DNA of 64,000 nucleotides. It comes from a bacterium. Its GTDB lineage: Bacteria; Cyanobacteriota; Vampirovibrionia; Gastranaerophilales; JBAXKC01. The stretch's first letter is position 1; every line of letters starts with the position of its first letter. The stretch spans positions 49,675-113,674 of the forward strand of contig JBAXKC010000004.1 in NCBI GenBank assembly GCA_037137535.1. Reading direction: 5' to 3'. A model generated the notes under the pieces. It saw only the letters and a program-made list of their open reading frames with translations. It was not told the origin of the DNA and made no database searches. A program made the translations under genes and the position numbers. Shown here in pieces: positions 61,496 to 64,000 of the stretch.

Positions 61496-62088
61496 GTACT
61501 TTATTTGATGTATTTTACATAACTTAACAAAAAAATTACGTTTTTATTATAAAGCTAAATAAATTATAATATTTATTTATACTTATTATGTTGATTTTGT
61601 AATCGCTCAAATGCTTAACTCTATTCATTTTTCTAGATAATCACATCAATTGAGGTTATCTAGAAAAATGAATAAATTAGTAACACATTGGAATTTAACA
61701 CTTGAAACGTAGTAACACTATGCTAATATGAAAATGAGCTATAACTCAAAAATACATATAAAAATAAAATATTAATAAAACTTATTTCTATTAACACTAT
61801 AAGTTATTGGGCTTATTTGTTTTGAAATAACTGAAGAAATTTCAAAGTTATATTATCCAATGTTATATAAATATAAACCTTCACCTAATTATAAGAAAAT
61901 AGTGAAGATTAATCAATAAATATTGATTATGGAAAACCTAAAAGTCCTTTAATAGTCTATAATTACTGTTTAAAGCTTCTATAAAGCTAAAGAATAAGAT
62001 ATTATTATTCAATAATATTAAAATCAAGTTTATCTGTATTTTAATAAATAGGTAATGATTTTAAGTCGAGAATTAGAGGAGCATTACT

Positions 62089-63801
62089 ATGAATTGGATC
62101 AAAAATTTGAAAATTTCTCAAAAAATTCTGACATTAGTTGTTTTAATGGTTGTATTTTTGGGGATTATTGGTTACATAGGCTATTATTTTAATGCTAAAA
62201 CAGGAGCAGAGTTAAAAGATCTTTATACTTCGAGACTTGCTTCAGTTGAAGCCATGGGCAGAATGAACGAAGACTCTTCCATGGCAATTCAAAACTTATT
62301 TCAATTCATGATTAATATAGATCCAGCTACAAATAATCGCCTTAATAACAGTATTAATAAGCATTTAGCCCAAATAGACAAAGATTTTAAAGATTATCTT
62401 TCTACTCCATTAGATCCTTATGAAGTAGAAAGAGTTCACATAATAAAAAACAATTTACATGATTACCTTATAGCCGTTAACAAAGCTCAAACTAAAGCAT
62501 ATAAGAACGAGAACAGTCAAGCTTATAAAATATATCTTGAATCTGAAGGTCATGTAAATATTATCCATAAAGCAATTGTAGAAATAATAAATTATAATAA
62601 CAATGAAGGTAAAAAACTTTATTTGCAGTCTGAAAAAGATGCTACTTTTGCAAATGTATTCTTAATGTTATCAATCTTATCAATTTCTGCTCTTACATTA
62701 TTTATTGGGTCAATAATGGCAAAAATAATTTCAGCACCAATAAACAATGTAGTAAACAGTTTAAGTCAGGTAGCATTGGGAAATCTTTCTCTTGATGAAG
62801 TTAAAGTTGATTCAAAAGATGAAACTGGAATTCTGGCAAGTTCTCTTAATACAACGGTTAAAAATTTAAGACATCTAATAATAGAAGTGGCAAAGTCAAC
62901 TGAAGAAATATGTGCTTCTTCTGAAGAGATGGCAGCTTCAGCTGATCAAACAGCACAAGGCTCTCAGCAAACAGCAAGTACAACAGCTCAAATGGCACAA
63001 GGTGCACAGGAAATCTCAAAAAGTGTAGAACATGGGGCAGTAACTATTAATAGAATGAATAAAGCAATTCAAGAAATATCAGAAGACGCAAAAATAGTTG
63101 CAAAACTAGGTAATGACAGCGAAGTTAATGCAAATCAAGGAAGTAAGCATGTTCAAAATGCTATTGAAAAAATTGACAATATTAAAACTGTATCAGCTGA
63201 TATATCAGTAACAGTAGCAAAATTAGGAACATTAAGTTCTGAAATTGAAACAATTGTTGATTTAATTAAAGGAATAGCAGGACAAACAAACCTATTATCA
63301 CTTAATGCCGCAATAGAAGCAGCTAGAGCCGGAGAACATGGCAAAGGATTTGCGGTTGTAGCTGAAGAAGTTAAAAAACTTGCTACTCAATCAGCAGAAG
63401 CTACTGATAAAATTACTGATATGATAAAAGAAATCCAATCACAGACTGGCCTTGCAGTTAGTAAAATGGATAAAGCAACTAACGAAGTTAAAGAAGGCGT
63501 TGCTGTTGTTAATGAAGCTGGAAAAGCTCTCAATCAAATTATCAGCCAAGTAAAAACTGCTAATTCTAAAATTCAAGAAATTACTAAAGAAATTGATGGG
63601 GTTGCTCATAACTCTAATGATGTAGTTAAAATGATTGAAAATATTTCAGCCATTACAGAACAAACAGCAGCCAGTGCAGAAGAAATTTCCAGTATTACTC
63701 AAGAACAAACAGCCAGTATACAGGAAATCAGCGCAGGTTCTCAAGTCCAAGCTAAAGTAGCTGAAAATCTTCAAACTCAAATGTCAGTATTTAAAGTATA
63801 G
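62089..63801 (+). CDS. Methyl-accepting chemotaxis protein (four-helix-bundle sensor, HAMP)
   Basis: NLKISQKI N-terminus, two TM helices, KDETG.L HAMP, and [37 protein letters not shown]. Confidence 0.96.
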   Translation: MNWIKNLKISQKILTLVVLMVVFLGIIGYIGYYFNAKTGAELKDLYTSRLASVEAMGRMNEDSSMAIQNLFQFMINIDPATNNRLNNSINKHLAQIDKDFKDYLSTPLDPYEVERVHIIKNNLHDYLIAVNKAQTKAYKNENSQAYKIYLESEGHVNIIHKAIVEIINYNNNEGKKLYLQSEKDATFANVFLMLSILSISALTLFIGSIMAKIISAPINNVVNSLSQVALGNLSLDEVKVDSKDETGILASSLNTTVKNLRHLIIEVAKSTEEICASSEEMAASADQTAQGSQQTASTTAQMAQGAQEISKSVEHGAVTINRMNKAIQEISEDAKIVAKLGNDSEVNANQGSKHVQNAIEKIDNIKTVSADISVTVAKLGTLSSEIETIVDLIKGIAGQTNLLSLNAAIEAARAGEHGKGFAVVAEEVKKLATQSAEATDKITDMIKEIQSQTGLAVSKMDKATNEVKEGVAVVNEAGKALNQIISQVKTANSKIQEITKEIDGVAHNSNDVVKMIENISAITEQTAASAEEISSITQEQTASIQEISAGSQVQAKVAENLQTQMSVFKV

Positions 63802-64000
63802 TAAATTTATTACCTGTAATGTTGTGTACTATGTACTGAGAAAATAAGACAATATAAAAAGTGTTTCTCTGATAGAATATAAAAAAGTGGCGGTAATTAA
63901 ATTCTGAGTGATAGATTGTATTGAATGACAAAAAGTTAAAAAATCTAAGAAGCTGTTTGGTTAAAAACATTTTTTAACGGTAACCCTTATCATTGCTATT

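Noticed and set aside
62045-62072. Sigma-28 promoter for MCP 62089 (TAAA-N16-GTCGAGAA)
   Set aside because: Spacer is one base too long, the -10 has two mismatches, and the predicted start would fall within the RBS.

Overview
AT-rich bacterial chromosomal segment. The gene content suggests a non-photosynthetic relative of Cyanobacteria (Melainabacteria/Vampirovibrionia-like); this is inferred from a cyanobacterial-type DprA/SLOG protein, a split ArgZ-like pair, two chemoreceptors and many lineage-type orphans. Housekeeping genes: punA (partial), pcrA, metX-metW, dnaE, ftsH, murA, pyk, rlpA, gcvT-H-PA-PB, a glutamate synthase small-subunit-like oxidoreductase, a wza/wzc/wzy-like trio, tRNA-Cys(GCA) and tRNA-Leu(GAG). 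The strongest unexplained signal is a non-coding cassette present four times: three tandem 161-bp units at about 728-1201 and one inverted, dispersed copy at about 61376-61527. Each unit has a conserved upstream box, a near-perfect sigma-28 (FliA) promoter (TAAAGTTT-N11-GCCGATAA), and an ~70-85 nt RNA with a 5' hairpin, an exposed anti-Shine-Dalgarno tract (CCCCAACCUCCUCCCC) and an intrinsic terminator. This is a candidate multicopy flagellar-regulon sRNA family. Its antisense strand also carries a strong RBS and a 15-22 aa hydrophobic ORF. Other points of interest: several enzyme-like orphans share low-complexity extensions with a hydrophobic-x-F-x-G/A motif (possible export signal), a 296-bp MITE, a 69-bp direct-repeat-flanked insert, and several structured intergenic RNA candidates. 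No database searches were run; all family calls come from motif recognition.
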